Below are positions 19,690 to 29,918 of a stretch of 64,000 nucleotides of DNA, piece by piece; within the stretch, counting starts at the first letter, position 1; every line of letters begins with the position of its first letter. The notes beneath the pieces are model-generated. The model had not been told where the DNA came from, made no database searches, and saw nothing but the letters and a program-made list of their open reading frames with translations. This DNA comes from an uncultured Chloroflexia bacterium (GTDB lineage Bacteria > Chloroflexota > Limnocylindria > Limnocylindrales > CSP1-4), in contig CAVPPB010000003.1 in NCBI GenBank assembly GCA_963707215.1, positions 224,001-288,000 on the forward strand, in the 5' to 3' direction. A program made the position numbers and the translations under genes.

Positions 19690-21354
19690 TCAGCCTCCGG
19701 GCGGCGCCCAGGGCGTGGCGGCATCCGCCCCGCGCACGACGTCGACGAACTGGTCGGCGCCGACGGTCATCCACGACCCGACCTCGCCGTCGGGCCAGGT
19801 GACGCGCACCTGCGCCTCGGTGGCCGGTCCGAGCCCGAAGTGCACCCACCCGAGCTGGCCGCCGACGTGCCCGCCGCCGACCGTCAGCTCACGGCGCTGG
19901 ACATGGTCGCCCACCCGGACCTCGACCCAGCTCCCGATCGCATCACGGTTCGACGCCTCCTGGCCGACACGCAGCGCGAGCCAGTGACCCATCGGCTCCG
20001 CCACCCCGGCGGCGCCAGCGCCTCCGTTCCGCCACACCCGGACGGGGTCGCCGTAGTTCGACTCGATCAGGTCAAGGAGTCCGTCGAGGTTCAAGTCGGC
20101 GAGCGCCGCACCGCGACCCTTGGCGAAGCTCAGGATGCCCGCCTCCTCGGCCACCTCACGGAACATGCCATCCGGTCCCCCCAGCAGGAGATTGCTCGGG
20201 TCCCGGGCCGCGTAGTCGGCCTGCTGGTCGATGTTGCCCTTGGAGATGAAGAGGTCGACGAAGCCGTCGTTGTTGACGTCGCGGAACTCCGGATGCCAGG
20301 CGGTCGAGGGCAGCGGATCACCTCCCGTGAACGGCTTCCGCGCGTCTGCGCCGCGATCGACCGCGATGTCCCGATACGTCGGTTGGCTCGGTCCGGCCAA
20401 CAGGGTCTCGAGTTTGTTCAGGCCCTGGCTGGTGAGGTAGATCTCCGGGTAGCCGTCCCCGGTGAGGTCATGGCTCGCGATACCCATGCCGAAGACCTGC
20501 ACGCGCACCCAGCCGTCGTCGGCGGTGTACAGCCGCGGCTCTCCGTCAGCGATCCGCCAGAGCTGCTCCTCGCCGTTGACGAAGTCGTAGTAGTGACGGT
20601 CGTTGCTGACCCGGAGATCGCGGCGGCCGGACAGGTCCCAGTCGCTGAACAGCATCGACAACGGGCAGTATCCGGGAGCCAGCGGCTCGCCCGTCCCGTA
20701 CGAGGTCCCGGCAGCGTCGGGCCGGATGAGCAGGTTGTCGTCGCATTCATACGTCGGCTCACCGGACTCGTCGAGCTTCAGGTAGTGACCGATGGCCAGC
20801 GTCGGCAGTCGCGCGTCGCCCTCCCAGGTGGCACTGAACGCCATCGTCTGGTCATCGCCGCCCGCGAAGGACCAGGTCTCGTTGGCCCGCTCGAACCGGC
20901 AGTCCCCGAGGCCACGCAACAGCAGGTCCTCTCCGACCCTCAGCACCGCGAGGTCCACGTGCCCGTCGCCGTCGATGTCGACGGGGTAGGCACCAGTGAC
21001 GGCAGGCTGGTCCGAGGCCGGGTCGGTCAGCCTCTCGAATCGCAGCGCGCCCCCGACCGGGCTCCGGTTGCGATAGAGCGCGGCCGACCCGGCACCGCCG
21101 GCCAGGTACAGGTCGGGACGGCCATCCTCGTCACAGTCGAAGACCGCGACCCCGCCGCCCAGGGCGTAGGCGAACCCGCCTTCGTAGGTGTGGTCGATCC
21201 CGGCGGCGGTCGTCTCGTCCAGGAATCGCGGGGCAGCGAGCGCGGTGGTCGGCGCGACCGGTCGCGTCATGAAGGCCAGGAACGCAGCACCGCCGACGAG
21301 CACCAGCCCAAGGACCAGTGCGCCGGCGAGCAGGCCCCCCGCTCGACGGGTCAA
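19690..21354 (-). CDS. CRTAC1/ASPIC-UnbV family FG-GAP repeat protein, membrane-anchored or exported
   Basis: N-terminal TM helix; repeats DCDEDGRPDLY, DIDGDGHVDL, DVNNDGFVDLF, DLNLDGLLDL; C-terminal NRDAIG...VHFGLG...WPDG. Confidence 0.87.
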   Translation of the reverse strand: MTRRAGGLLAGALVLGLVLVGGAAFLAFMTRPVAPTTALAAPRFLDETTAAGIDHTYEGGFAYALGGGVAVFDCDEDGRPDLYLAGGAGSAALYRNRSPVGGALRFERLTDPASDQPAVTGAYPVDIDGDGHVDLAVLRVGEDLLLRGLGDCRFERANETWSFAGGDDQTMAFSATWEGDARLPTLAIGHYLKLDESGEPTYECDDNLLIRPDAAGTSYGTGEPLAPGYCPLSMLFSDWDLSGRRDLRVSNDRHYYDFVNGEEQLWRIADGEPRLYTADDGWVRVQVFGMGIASHDLTGDGYPEIYLTSQGLNKLETLLAGPSQPTYRDIAVDRGADARKPFTGGDPLPSTAWHPEFRDVNNDGFVDLFISKGNIDQQADYAARDPSNLLLGGPDGMFREVAEEAGILSFAKGRGAALADLNLDGLLDLIESNYGDPVRVWRNGGAGAAGVAEPMGHWLALRVGQEASNRDAIGSWVEVRVGDHVQRRELTVGGGHVGGQLGWVHFGLGPATEAQVRVTWPDGEVGSWMTVGADQFVDVVRGADAATPWAPPGG

Positions 21355-21400
21355 TCGGTCGCCCTCGCTTCGGAGGACCGCTGATCCCCGCCGGTCGCGC

Positions 21401-23305
21401 TCACCCGGCGCTCCCGGCGAAGTAGCGCTGGGCCGTGACCCAGGCGGCCTGGCCGCACGCCGAACCGACGATCCGGCCGTTGAGATCGTCAGCCTTGATG
21501 TGGATGCCGCCCCAGAGGCGCGACTGACCGGCCTGGTCGGCGGCGTCGTAGTACGTCGCCCACTCGAGACGGATGGGCGTCTCCGGCCCCTTCTCGAACC
21601 TGAGCGAGTCGGCCTCGACCGTGTAGCCGCTGACCCCGCCAGGGAAGTACTCGCTGCCGGTCATCGCGACCAGGACCTCGGCGGCCGCGCGACTGAACGT
21701 GCTGTGCCCGGACGTGTAGCCGGCGAACGACGGGGTGACGAACGTCGGCAGCTGGTACGGCACCCAGTCGACGGCCAGGATCCACCGCACGCCGGAGACC
21801 TGCGTCTCGGGGTCCTCCGGCGTGCCCGCCCACGTGTAGACGGCGATCTCCCCCTCGTGGCCCTGGAGGGCCTCGTGACGCTGACCTGGAGCGGACGTTT
21901 CGGCGGTGATCAGCTCGACCAGGTCGGGCACGAGCGGAAGCCCCTCAGGGTCGTATGACGGCAATAGAGGGTCGCTCGACTGGCCCAGACCTCCCATGTA
22001 CCGGATCATCGAGATCGGCCTGGTCGAGTCGTAGTAGCCCTTCAGGCCCCAGGACGCGATCGCCGCATCGTGCACCGCACCGTTGACCGCGAAGTAGAGC
22101 TTGACGTCCCACTCGAGCCGATCCAGGACCGGGCCCTTGCGGCCGATCCGGAGATCGGGGTCGAGCTCATCCGATACGAGGTTGGCGAGGACGTTCCAGT
22201 GGCCGGGTGGCGTCTCCGAGTCCGGTCCGTCGGCCCAGAACTCGGCGACGACACGGCTGAAGTCGCCTCGGTTGACGATCTCGGGCGGGTACGCCTCGCC
22301 TGTCGCCGGATTGACCGGGTGGCCGGTGCCGTCGTTCGAGCCCAACGAGTTGCCTCCCAGGGCGGAGGGCGAGATGTCGATCATCACGCCCTGCGACGGG
22401 TCGAGCATGCTGCTGTCGCGGATCACCTCGATCGCCTGGTCCTTGAACGCCCGGTCGGTCGCAGGGTCGCCGAGGCGCGGCGGGGGGCCGGGATCGAACG
22501 GCGTGCCCGTGCTGCCACCATCCGGGATCCCGAACCCCTTCACGTGGCCCCAGTGAGACCCCACGAACTGCTGCACTCCGTTGGTGAGCGGGATGCCGTT
22601 CTGGGAGATCATCCGCTCGATCTGCAGCGGCTGCCAGCGGTTCGGGTCCGTCATCCGGGCCCCTGGCTGGTTCACCGTCAACGGCGGGTTCACCGGATGG
22701 TAGTCGGGGTCGACCGCGCCGGCCTTCTCGTTGGCCCCATCGGTCGCACCGTAGGCCAGGTAGGCGGCCGCGATGCGGTTGCCGAGCGCCGCGGGCGAGT
22801 CGCCCTCGCTCGTGGTCACGTCGAGCGGATAGCACAGGGCGTCCATCAGGTCGGCGAACTCGGAGAGCGACTCGTCGGCGCCGGCTGCCCGGATGTACCG
22901 TGCAGTGAGCAGCCGATACGCCGCGTAGCTCATCGCCTCATCCCGCGCCGCGGTGACGTCGCCAGCGGTGCGCTCCTCGTCGACGAGATAGCCCCGGGCC
23001 GTCCGGTCATACGCAGCCCAGGCATCCCACATGGCGGCCGAGGCGTGGAAGAGGTTCCGCGCATGGACCGTCGGCGCCGGCAGGTCACGCCGGATCGCGT
23101 CGAGCAGGGCCTCATCCCAGCGTCGGGCGACGGTCCATTCGGGATGCTCGGCGACCGGCGGGCACGCCGGCTGTGACGTCCAGGGCTGGATGACGGCGGC
23201 GATCAGGACGACGGCGATCAGGACGGCGCCCGAGGCCGCGGCAGCGGCCCAGACCCATCGCCGCGATCGCGGGCGGGCGCCCGAAGGTATGGGTTCCTGT
23301 GCCAC
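21401..23305 (-). CDS. Vanadium-dependent haloperoxidase-like (PAP2 superfamily) protein with N-terminal TM helix
   Basis: Vanadate-site motifs KGYYDSTRP, YTSGHS, SRLWGGIH; N-domain PTVHARNLFH. Confidence 0.82.
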   Translation of the reverse strand: MAQEPIPSGARPRSRRWVWAAAAASGAVLIAVVLIAAVIQPWTSQPACPPVAEHPEWTVARRWDEALLDAIRRDLPAPTVHARNLFHASAAMWDAWAAYDRTARGYLVDEERTAGDVTAARDEAMSYAAYRLLTARYIRAAGADESLSEFADLMDALCYPLDVTTSEGDSPAALGNRIAAAYLAYGATDGANEKAGAVDPDYHPVNPPLTVNQPGARMTDPNRWQPLQIERMISQNGIPLTNGVQQFVGSHWGHVKGFGIPDGGSTGTPFDPGPPPRLGDPATDRAFKDQAIEVIRDSSMLDPSQGVMIDISPSALGGNSLGSNDGTGHPVNPATGEAYPPEIVNRGDFSRVVAEFWADGPDSETPPGHWNVLANLVSDELDPDLRIGRKGPVLDRLEWDVKLYFAVNGAVHDAAIASWGLKGYYDSTRPISMIRYMGGLGQSSDPLLPSYDPEGLPLVPDLVELITAETSAPGQRHEALQGHEGEIAVYTWAGTPEDPETQVSGVRWILAVDWVPYQLPTFVTPSFAGYTSGHSTFSRAAAEVLVAMTGSEYFPGGVSGYTVEADSLRFEKGPETPIRLEWATYYDAADQAGQSRLWGGIHIKADDLNGRIVGSACGQAAWVTAQRYFAGSAG

Positions 23306-23358
23306 TCGGATCGACCTCGCTGCTCGCAGGCGGCGCGGCGGCTATGGTACCCCCGACG

Positions 23359-24363
23359 TCAGGAGCGGTCTCCCGCGGCGAAGAGCTGATCGATCACACG
23401 CAGGTTGGCTACCGCGTCCTCGGGCGGCGTCGGGACCGGGCCGCCGTCGAGGATGGCGGCCGCGAACGCCTCCGCCTCGACGGTGTAGGGATCGGCCTGC
23501 TCGAAGACCATCCTCTCGGTGGCCGGGGCGACCGGAGGGTCCCCGCCGGCGACGAGCGACAGCTGCGTCGGGCGGTCGGGTGGGATGTTGAACGGGATGT
23601 CGATCGAGATCCGGCCCTCGCTGCCATAGATGTCCACCCGCTGGTCCGGCTCGGTGCGGGTCGTACAGGTGAACGTGGCGATCCCTGCCGGGAAGTGGAG
23701 GATCCCGCTGGTCAGGACGTCGACGCCGCTGTCCGGGTCACGGGTGATCGCGGCCTGGACGCGCACGGGTTCGCCCTCGAACAGCATCCGCGACAGGTTG
23801 ACCGAATAGCACCCGATGTCATAGAGCGCGCCACCACCCGCCTCGCGGATGTTGCGGATGTTCGCCGGGTCGTCGTTGTAGTACGAGAACCAGCTGTCCA
23901 CCGCCCGGAGCCGACCGATCCGGCCAGCCGCGACCAGCGCCCGGGCGGCGACCCATGACGGATGGAGGCGGTACATGAAGGCCTCCATCAGCAGCACGCC
24001 GGCCTCGCGGCACGCGTCGACGACCTCCTGGGCCTCGGCACTGGTCAGCGCCAAGGGCTTCTCGCACAGCACATGCTTCCCCGCTCGAGCCGCCGCGATC
24101 GCCCAGCGGGCGTGGAGGTGGTTGGGAAGCGGGATGTAGACCGCATCGACGTCCGGGTCGGCGAGCAGCGCCTCATACGAGGCGTGGGCGCGCGGGATCC
24201 CGAGCGCGGCGGCGGCCGCGCGGGCGCGGTCGACATCGCGCGAGGCGATGGCTGCCAGCTCGCATCGCTCGGCCTTCAGCAGGCCCGGGCCGGTCTTGCT
24301 GATGGCGATGTCGGCGGTCGACAGGATGCCCCAGTGGATGACGTCCACGTCCATCACCCCCAC
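23359..24363 (-). CDS. Gfo/Idh/MocA oxidoreductase (D-xylose/glucose dehydrogenase-like)
   Basis: WGILSTADIA, VYIPLPNHLH, HVLCEKPLA, GGGALYDIGCY. Confidence 0.88.
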   Translation of the reverse strand: MGVMDVDVIHWGILSTADIAISKTGPGLLKAERCELAAIASRDVDRARAAAAALGIPRAHASYEALLADPDVDAVYIPLPNHLHARWAIAAARAGKHVLCEKPLALTSAEAQEVVDACREAGVLLMEAFMYRLHPSWVAARALVAAGRIGRLRAVDSWFSYYNDDPANIRNIREAGGGALYDIGCYSVNLSRMLFEGEPVRVQAAITRDPDSGVDVLTSGILHFPAGIATFTCTTRTEPDQRVDIYGSEGRISIDIPFNIPPDRPTQLSLVAGGDPPVAPATERMVFEQADPYTVEAEAFAAAILDGGPVPTPPEDAVANLRVIDQLFAAGDRS

Positions 24364-25061
24364 GATGTCTCGGTGACCGGCCGCAGTGCCACCTCCAGCA
24401 GCCGGTGGCCGCGCGGTCGCGTCAGCACGAAGAGGACCACGTCAGCGACGTCCTGGGCGTCCATCATCCCCGCGAGCGCGGGCATGTCGCGAGTGCGGCC
24501 GCGTCCCATCGCGAAGTCGGTGGCCACACCACCCGGGCAGACGTTCGTGCACCGAACGCCCTGCTCACGGAGCTCGTGGTCAAGGGCCCGGGTGAGGCCG
24601 ACCTGCGCGAACTTCGAAGCGCAGTAGGTGGCCTCGTAGGGCAGCCCCCTCCGGCCGGCCTCGCTGGCGATCGTCACGAGATCCGCGGCATCGCTGCGGA
24701 GGAGATGGGGCAGGGCCGCCCGCACCGAGTACAGGGCACCCTTGACATTGATGTCGATCATCTCCTCGAGCTGGTCGTCGGGCAGGTCCAGGAACGGGCC
24801 GTAGGCCCCCACCCCGGCGTTGATCACGAGGATGTCCAGGCCGCCGAATCGCGCCGCGGTGGCTTCCGCTAGCCGGGCCAGGGCACCGGGGTCGCGGACG
24901 TCCGTGGGCATCGCCACGGCATCCTCGAGCCCGAGATCGTCGCCGCTCCGCGACGCCAGTCCGAGCCGGGCACCCTCGCCGGCCAACGTCCGGGAGATCG
25001 CGGCTCCGATCCCGCGGCTCGCCCCGGTCACCATCGCTACCTTGCCATCGAGCCGACCCAT
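24354..25061 (-). CDS. Short-chain dehydrogenase/reductase
   Basis: TGASRGIG, INAG, YCASK; AAGGAGG RBS before ATG 25061. Confidence 0.9.
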   Translation of the reverse strand: MGRLDGKVAMVTGASRGIGAAISRTLAGEGARLGLASRSGDDLGLEDAVAMPTDVRDPGALARLAEATAARFGGLDILVINAGVGAYGPFLDLPDDQLEEMIDINVKGALYSVRAALPHLLRSDAADLVTIASEAGRRGLPYEATYCASKFAQVGLTRALDHELREQGVRCTNVCPGGVATDFAMGRGRTRDMPALAGMMDAQDVADVVLFVLTRPRGHRLLEVALRPVTETSWG

Positions 25062-25097
25062 CTCACGCCTCCTTCGAACCCCACCGGGCGACGCGAC

Positions 25098-25137
25098 TTG
25101 ACACGCCCGATGCCGTTTGTAAGAGTCTGGCACATAT
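25098..25137 (+). promoter_or_regulatory. TTGACA -35 box plus putative ROK operator GTTTGT-N11-ACATAT in the SDR/ROK divergent region
   Basis: TTGACA at 25098-25103; GTTTGT at 25115-25120 and ACATAT at 25132-25137; resembles the site upstream of xylA. Confidence 0.6.
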
Positions 25138-25157
25138 TAGCTAGGGGGCACGGGCCA

Positions 25158-26399
25158 GTGCGCAACGGTCGCAACGAGGTCGGGCAGCGAAGCGAGACCG
25201 TCCGTCGGGCGAATCTCAGCGCCATCGTCCGCGAACTCCATGAGGGCGGTCCCCTGTCCCGGTCCGAGCTGGTCGCCCATACCGGGTTGACCAGGAGCAC
25301 GATCCGAGGGTTGGTCGGCGAGCTGTCCGCCGCGGGCCTCGCATCGGAGCTGCCAGCGGCACGGCTCGGCACGCCGGGCCGCCCCTCGCCGGTCGTCCGT
25401 CTCGACGCGCCGGGCGCGGTCGCCCTGGGATTGGAGATCGCGGTCGACTCGCTGGCCGTGGCCGTCGTCGGACTGGGGGGCGAGGTCTTCGAGCGGAGGC
25501 GACTGGATCGCGCGCGGGGGCAATCATCGGTCGACGAGATCGTCGGGCAGCTGGCGGGTCTTGTCGAGGCCGTGCTCGTCCCAGGGTCACCCCGTGGGAC
25601 GCTGGTCGGTGCCGGGGTGGCGATCGTCGGCGTCGTCCGGCGCAGCGACGGTCGGGTCGCCCAGGCGCCCAACCTCGGCTGGATCGACGTCCCGCTCGGC
25701 GAGCGGCTCGCGGACAGGCTCCGCCTCGCCGTTCCGATCGCGGTCGCGAACGAGGCCGACCTCGGGGCCCTGGCGGAGCACCGCCGCGGCGCGGCGACCG
25801 GCGTGGACGACGTGCTGTTCATCTCCGGCGAGGTGGGGGTCGGGGGCGGCGCGCTCATCGGGGGTCGCCCGCTGACCGGGGCGGCCGGCTACGGCGGCGA
25901 GGTCGGTCACTTCCCGGTCAACCCCACGGGTCGACCCTGCCGCTGCGGATCCAGCGGGTGCTGGGAGACGGAAGTCGGTGAGGATGCGCTGCTGCGCCGG
26001 GCCGGGTATCCGACGGCAGGTGGCAGGGCCGCGGTCGACGAGGTCCTCGCGGAGGCGGCGACGGGCTCGACGACGGCGCTGGATGCGCTCGACGAGACGG
26101 GTCGCTGGCTCGGGGTCGGGCTGGCGGGCCTCGTCAACGTCCTGAACCCACGGCTCGTCGTCCTCGGTGGCCTCTTCGGGCGCATCTACCCGTTCATCCG
26201 GGGCTGCCTCGCCGCCGAGCTCCACCGGCTCGCGCTGCCCGCTTCCCGCGACCTTGTGCAGGTGGTCCCCGCGACGCTCGGCGTCGACGCCCCGTTGCTC
26301 GGTGCCGCCGAGCTGGCCTTCGAGCCGCTGCTGGACGATCCGGCGGCCTGGATCAGGCCGCGAGACCTGCCCTCGATCGTCTCGGGCGGCACGCGATGA
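25158..26399 (+). CDS. ROK family transcriptional repressor (XylR-like)
   Basis: wHTH region SRSELVAHTGLTRSTI, GRPS, NEADLGALAE, GEVGH, CRCGSSGCWE; sits in the xylose cluster. Confidence 0.88.
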   Translation: MRNGRNEVGQRSETVRRANLSAIVRELHEGGPLSRSELVAHTGLTRSTIRGLVGELSAAGLASELPAARLGTPGRPSPVVRLDAPGAVALGLEIAVDSLAVAVVGLGGEVFERRRLDRARGQSSVDEIVGQLAGLVEAVLVPGSPRGTLVGAGVAIVGVVRRSDGRVAQAPNLGWIDVPLGERLADRLRLAVPIAVANEADLGALAEHRRGAATGVDDVLFISGEVGVGGGALIGGRPLTGAAGYGGEVGHFPVNPTGRPCRCGSSGCWETEVGEDALLRRAGYPTAGGRAAVDEVLAEAATGSTTALDALDETGRWLGVGLAGLVNVLNPRLVVLGGLFGRIYPFIRGCLAAELHRLALPASRDLVQVVPATLGVDAPLLGAAELAFEPLLDDPAAWIRPRDLPSIVSGGTR

Positions 26400-26524
26400 C
26401 CCGCGCCGCTGAACGCGACCGCATCCGATCGCCTCAAGACGGCGACCTAGAGGAAGGGGGTTCGCATACGGTGTAGCCTACGCAGGACATTTCGTCGACA
26501 TCGACACGGAGGAGGACACGCGTA

Positions 26525-27674
26525 ATGCGGATTCGCAGGATGGTGGTGATCGCGAGCATCGCCGCGTTCACCATCGGCGCCTGTACAGGTGGAGCCACGT
26601 CATCGCCAGACGAGAGCGCAGCGCCCAGCGAAGGCGCCAGCGTCGATTGCACGGTCGGCGTGTCGTGGAACAACTTCCAGCAGCCGCGTTGGGCTGCGAC
26701 CGACCAGCCGAACATCAAGGAGACGGTCGAGGCCGCGGGCGGCCACGTACGCGGACTTCGACGCCAACCTCGACAGCCTCCAGCAGAAGACCGACGTCGA
26801 GACCCTGATCAACCAGGGCGCTGACGTGATCATCCTGTTGGCCCAGGACGAGAACGCCGCCAAGAGCGCGCTCGAGGTCGCCCAGAACGCGGGCGTCCCC
26901 GTCATCGCGTATGACCGCCTGATCGAGGACGAGAGCGTCCTCTACATCACGTTCAACAACGTCGGCGTCGGCAAGGCCGAGGCCGAGGCGCTCCTGGCGA
27001 AGGTGCCGACCGGCAACTACGTCCTGATCAAGGGCGATCCGGGCGACCCGAATGCCTCGAAGTTCCTGCCCCAGGGCTGGGACGAGGCCGGCCTGGCGGA
27101 CAAGGTGGCGTCCGGCGACATCACCATCATCGCCGACCAGTTCACCGATGCCTGGAAGACCGAGACGGCCCAGGACAACATGGAAGCCATCATCGACAAG
27201 GCCAACGCGGACGGCGTCACGATCGACGCGATCCTGGCCGAGAACGACAGCACGGCGCTCGGCGTCGTGGCGGCTCTCGAGGCCAAGGGCTACGGCTACC
27301 CGCCGCTCAGCGGGCAGGACGGCGACCCCGCCAACCTGAACAACCTGGCCCTCGGCAAGCAGTACGTCGACGTCTGGAAGAACAGCAACGAGCTCGGCAA
27401 GGCGGCCGCCCAGGCGGCGCTCCAGCTCTGTGAAGGCACGGCGATGAACGAGATCACGATCGACGTCGATCCGTCCGTCATGCCGCTGACCGGTGGCACC
27501 GCCGCCCCGTTCACCACCCCCGGTGGCAACACCGTCACCTCGATCATCCTGCAGCCGACGCCGCTCCTGGCCGAGGACCTCGACAAGCCGATCGACGCCG
27601 GCTGGTACGCGACCAAGGACGACATCTGCAAGGGCGTCACGGAGAGCGATCCCGGGTGGGACGACTGCCAGTGA
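26525..27674 (+). CDS. xylF: D-xylose-type ABC transporter substrate-binding lipoprotein; +1 frameshift near 26743
   Basis: Lipobox IGAC, VGVSWNNFQQPRW, VIAYDRLI, ENDSTALG, SGQDGD; removing one C at 26743-26744 joins the two ORFs. Confidence 0.82.
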
Positions 27675-27696
27675 TCGATCCCAGACCCTGATTGTC

Positions 27697-27734
27697 TACG
27701 ACCTGCGTCTCCCTCCGGGGGGACGCAGGTCGTA
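27697..27734 (+). terminator. Stem-loop between the binding-protein and permease genes (mRNA-stabilising or attenuating)
   Basis: TACGACCTGCGTC...GACGCAGGTCGTA, 13-bp perfect stem. Confidence 0.65.
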
Positions 27735-27767
27735 TCCCTTCCGGTTGAGTCGAGGGGAAGCTGAGCC

Positions 27768-29087
27768 ATGACCGACGTCGCCGGCACCGCCCCGGACCAG
27801 GCCCCTCCGGCATCGGGCCTGTCGGTCCGTCGCCTGATCGCGGCGACCGAGATCGACCTGCGCCTGTTCGGGATGCTGGCGGCCCTGATCGTCATCCTGC
27901 TCGGGTTCAACGTGGTCTCTGGAGGGAAGTTCCTCCAGCCGGTCAACATGGTGACCCTCGCGGTGCAGGCCAGCGGCGTCGCGATCATGTCGACCGGGAT
28001 GGTCCTGGTCATCGTGTCCCGCAACATCGACCTCTCCGTCGGCTCCCTGGTCGGCTTCCTGGCGATGTCCTATGCGATCCTGATGACCGACTTCCTCCCG
28101 GACATCGTCGGTATCCCGATCGGAAGCCCGCTCATGCCGGTCGTCGCACTGGCGCTCGGCCTCGGCCTCGGCGTCATGTTCGGCGCCTTCCAGGGCTTCC
28201 TCATCGCCTACATCGGCGTCCCGTCGTTCATCGTCACCCTCGGTGGCCTCCTCGCCATCCGCGGCGCGGTCTGGCACCTGTCGCAGGGCGCGGCCGTGTC
28301 GGGCCTCGATCAGACCTTCCAGAAGCTCGGCGGGGGCGCGGAGGGATCCATCGGTGGCCCGCTCACCTGGGCGCTCGCGATCATCGCCTGCATCGCGATC
28401 GTCGGGATCCTCGTCAACAGTCGACGTCAGCGCCGCCGGTTCGGATTCCCGGTCCGTCCGATGTGGGCCGAGGTCCTTATCGGCGTCGTCGGGTGTCTCG
28501 CCGTGATCGGCCTCGCATACACGTTCAACCAGAACTTCTGGCCGCCCGGCCTCGCCACCAAGTACGCCATCGAGAACGGGATCACCGAGCCCGCCGGCGG
28601 GCTGAAGATCCCGATGGGGATCCCCTGGCCGATCCTCCTGGTGATCGGCGTGACGCTGGTGATGACGTTCCTCGCCACGCGTCGCCGGTTCGGCCGCTAC
28701 GTCTATGCCTACGGCGGCAACCCCGACGCCGCCGAGCTGGCGGGCATCAACACCCGCTGGACGATCATGAAGACGTTCATCCTCATGGGCATCCTCTGCG
28801 GCATCGCGGCGGCGATCGCCGCCGCGCGGCTCAACGGCTCCACGCTGGACATCGGCCAGAGCGACGAGCTCTACGTCATCGCGGCCGCCGTCGTCGGCGG
28901 GACCTCGTTCGCCGGCGGCATCGGGACGATCCCCGGCGCCGTCCTCGGTGCCTTCGTCATGCAGTCGCTGGCCTACGGGTTGGCCTTCATGGGAGTGAAC
29001 TCACCCACCCAGAACATCGTCGCCGGCGTCGTCCTCATCCTGGCGGTCGGCTTCGACACCTATAACCGCCGGCGGGCGGGCACCTAG
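27768..29087 (+). CDS. xylH: Sugar ABC transporter permease (XylH-like)
   Basis: [47 protein letters not shown]. Confidence 0.85.
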   Translation: MTDVAGTAPDQAPPASGLSVRRLIAATEIDLRLFGMLAALIVILLGFNVVSGGKFLQPVNMVTLAVQASGVAIMSTGMVLVIVSRNIDLSVGSLVGFLAMSYAILMTDFLPDIVGIPIGSPLMPVVALALGLGLGVMFGAFQGFLIAYIGVPSFIVTLGGLLAIRGAVWHLSQGAAVSGLDQTFQKLGGGAEGSIGGPLTWALAIIACIAIVGILVNSRRQRRRFGFPVRPMWAEVLIGVVGCLAVIGLAYTFNQNFWPPGLATKYAIENGITEPAGGLKIPMGIPWPILLVIGVTLVMTFLATRRRFGRYVYAYGGNPDAAELAGINTRWTIMKTFILMGILCGIAAAIAAARLNGSTLDIGQSDELYVIAAAVVGGTSFAGGIGTIPGAVLGAFVMQSLAYGLAFMGVNSPTQNIVAGVVLILAVGFDTYNRRRAGT

Positions 29088-29101
29088 CGGGAGGGAGACC
29101 G

Positions 29102-29887
29102 ATGACGGAGACCAAGCGGGTGCCGCTGGTCGAGATGCGGAACATCCGTGTCGCGTTCGGCGGTGTCCATGCCGTCGACGACGTGTCGATCGACCTCTTC
29201 GAAGGCGAGGTCATGGGCCTGGTCGGCGGCAACGGTGCCGGCAAGTCCACGCTCATGCGGGCCCTCTCGGGTGCCCACAAGCCCGACTCGGGCCAGATCC
29301 TCGTCAACGGCAAGACGGTCACGATCGAGAACCCCCGCGACGCGAAGCACCACGCGATCGAGACGATCTACCAGACGCTGGCCCTGGCCGACAACGTCAA
29401 CGCCCCGTCGAACGTCTTCCTGGGCCGGGAGGAGACCTCCCGCCTGGGGAACCTCGACGATGGGGCGATGGAGAATGCGACCCGCAACGTCATGGGCCGC
29501 CTGAACCCCAACTTCACGAACTTCGTCTCGCCCGTGAAGTCGCTGTCCGGTGGTCAGCGGCAGGCCGTGGCCATCGCGCGGGCCGTCCACTTCAACGCCA
29601 AGATCCTGATCATGGATGAGCCCACCGCGGCGCTCGGACCGGCCGAGACCGCCCAGGTCCGTGACCTCATCCGCCAGCTGAAGGACGAGGGCATCGGGAT
29701 CTTCCTCATCAGCCACGACATCCATGACGTGTTCGACCTCTCGGATCGCATCAGCGTCATGTACCACGGCAAGATCGTCGGCACGGTCAACCGGACCGAC
29801 GTGACGACCGACCAGATTCTCGGGATGATCATCCTGGGCAAGGCGCCCGACGAGGTATCCCAGGACGAGCTGGCCGCCCTCCGCTGA
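29102..29887 (+). CDS. Sugar ABC transporter ATP-binding protein (single NBD)
   Basis: [25 protein letters not shown]. Confidence 0.92.
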   Translation: MTETKRVPLVEMRNIRVAFGGVHAVDDVSIDLFEGEVMGLVGGNGAGKSTLMRALSGAHKPDSGQILVNGKTVTIENPRDAKHHAIETIYQTLALADNVNAPSNVFLGREETSRLGNLDDGAMENATRNVMGRLNPNFTNFVSPVKSLSGGQRQAVAIARAVHFNAKILIMDEPTAALGPAETAQVRDLIRQLKDEGIGIFLISHDIHDVFDLSDRISVMYHGKIVGTVNRTDVTTDQILGMIILGKAPDEVSQDELAALR

Positions 29888-29918
29888 CCGGCCGCGCCCG
29901 CGACCGATCGGGGGGACC

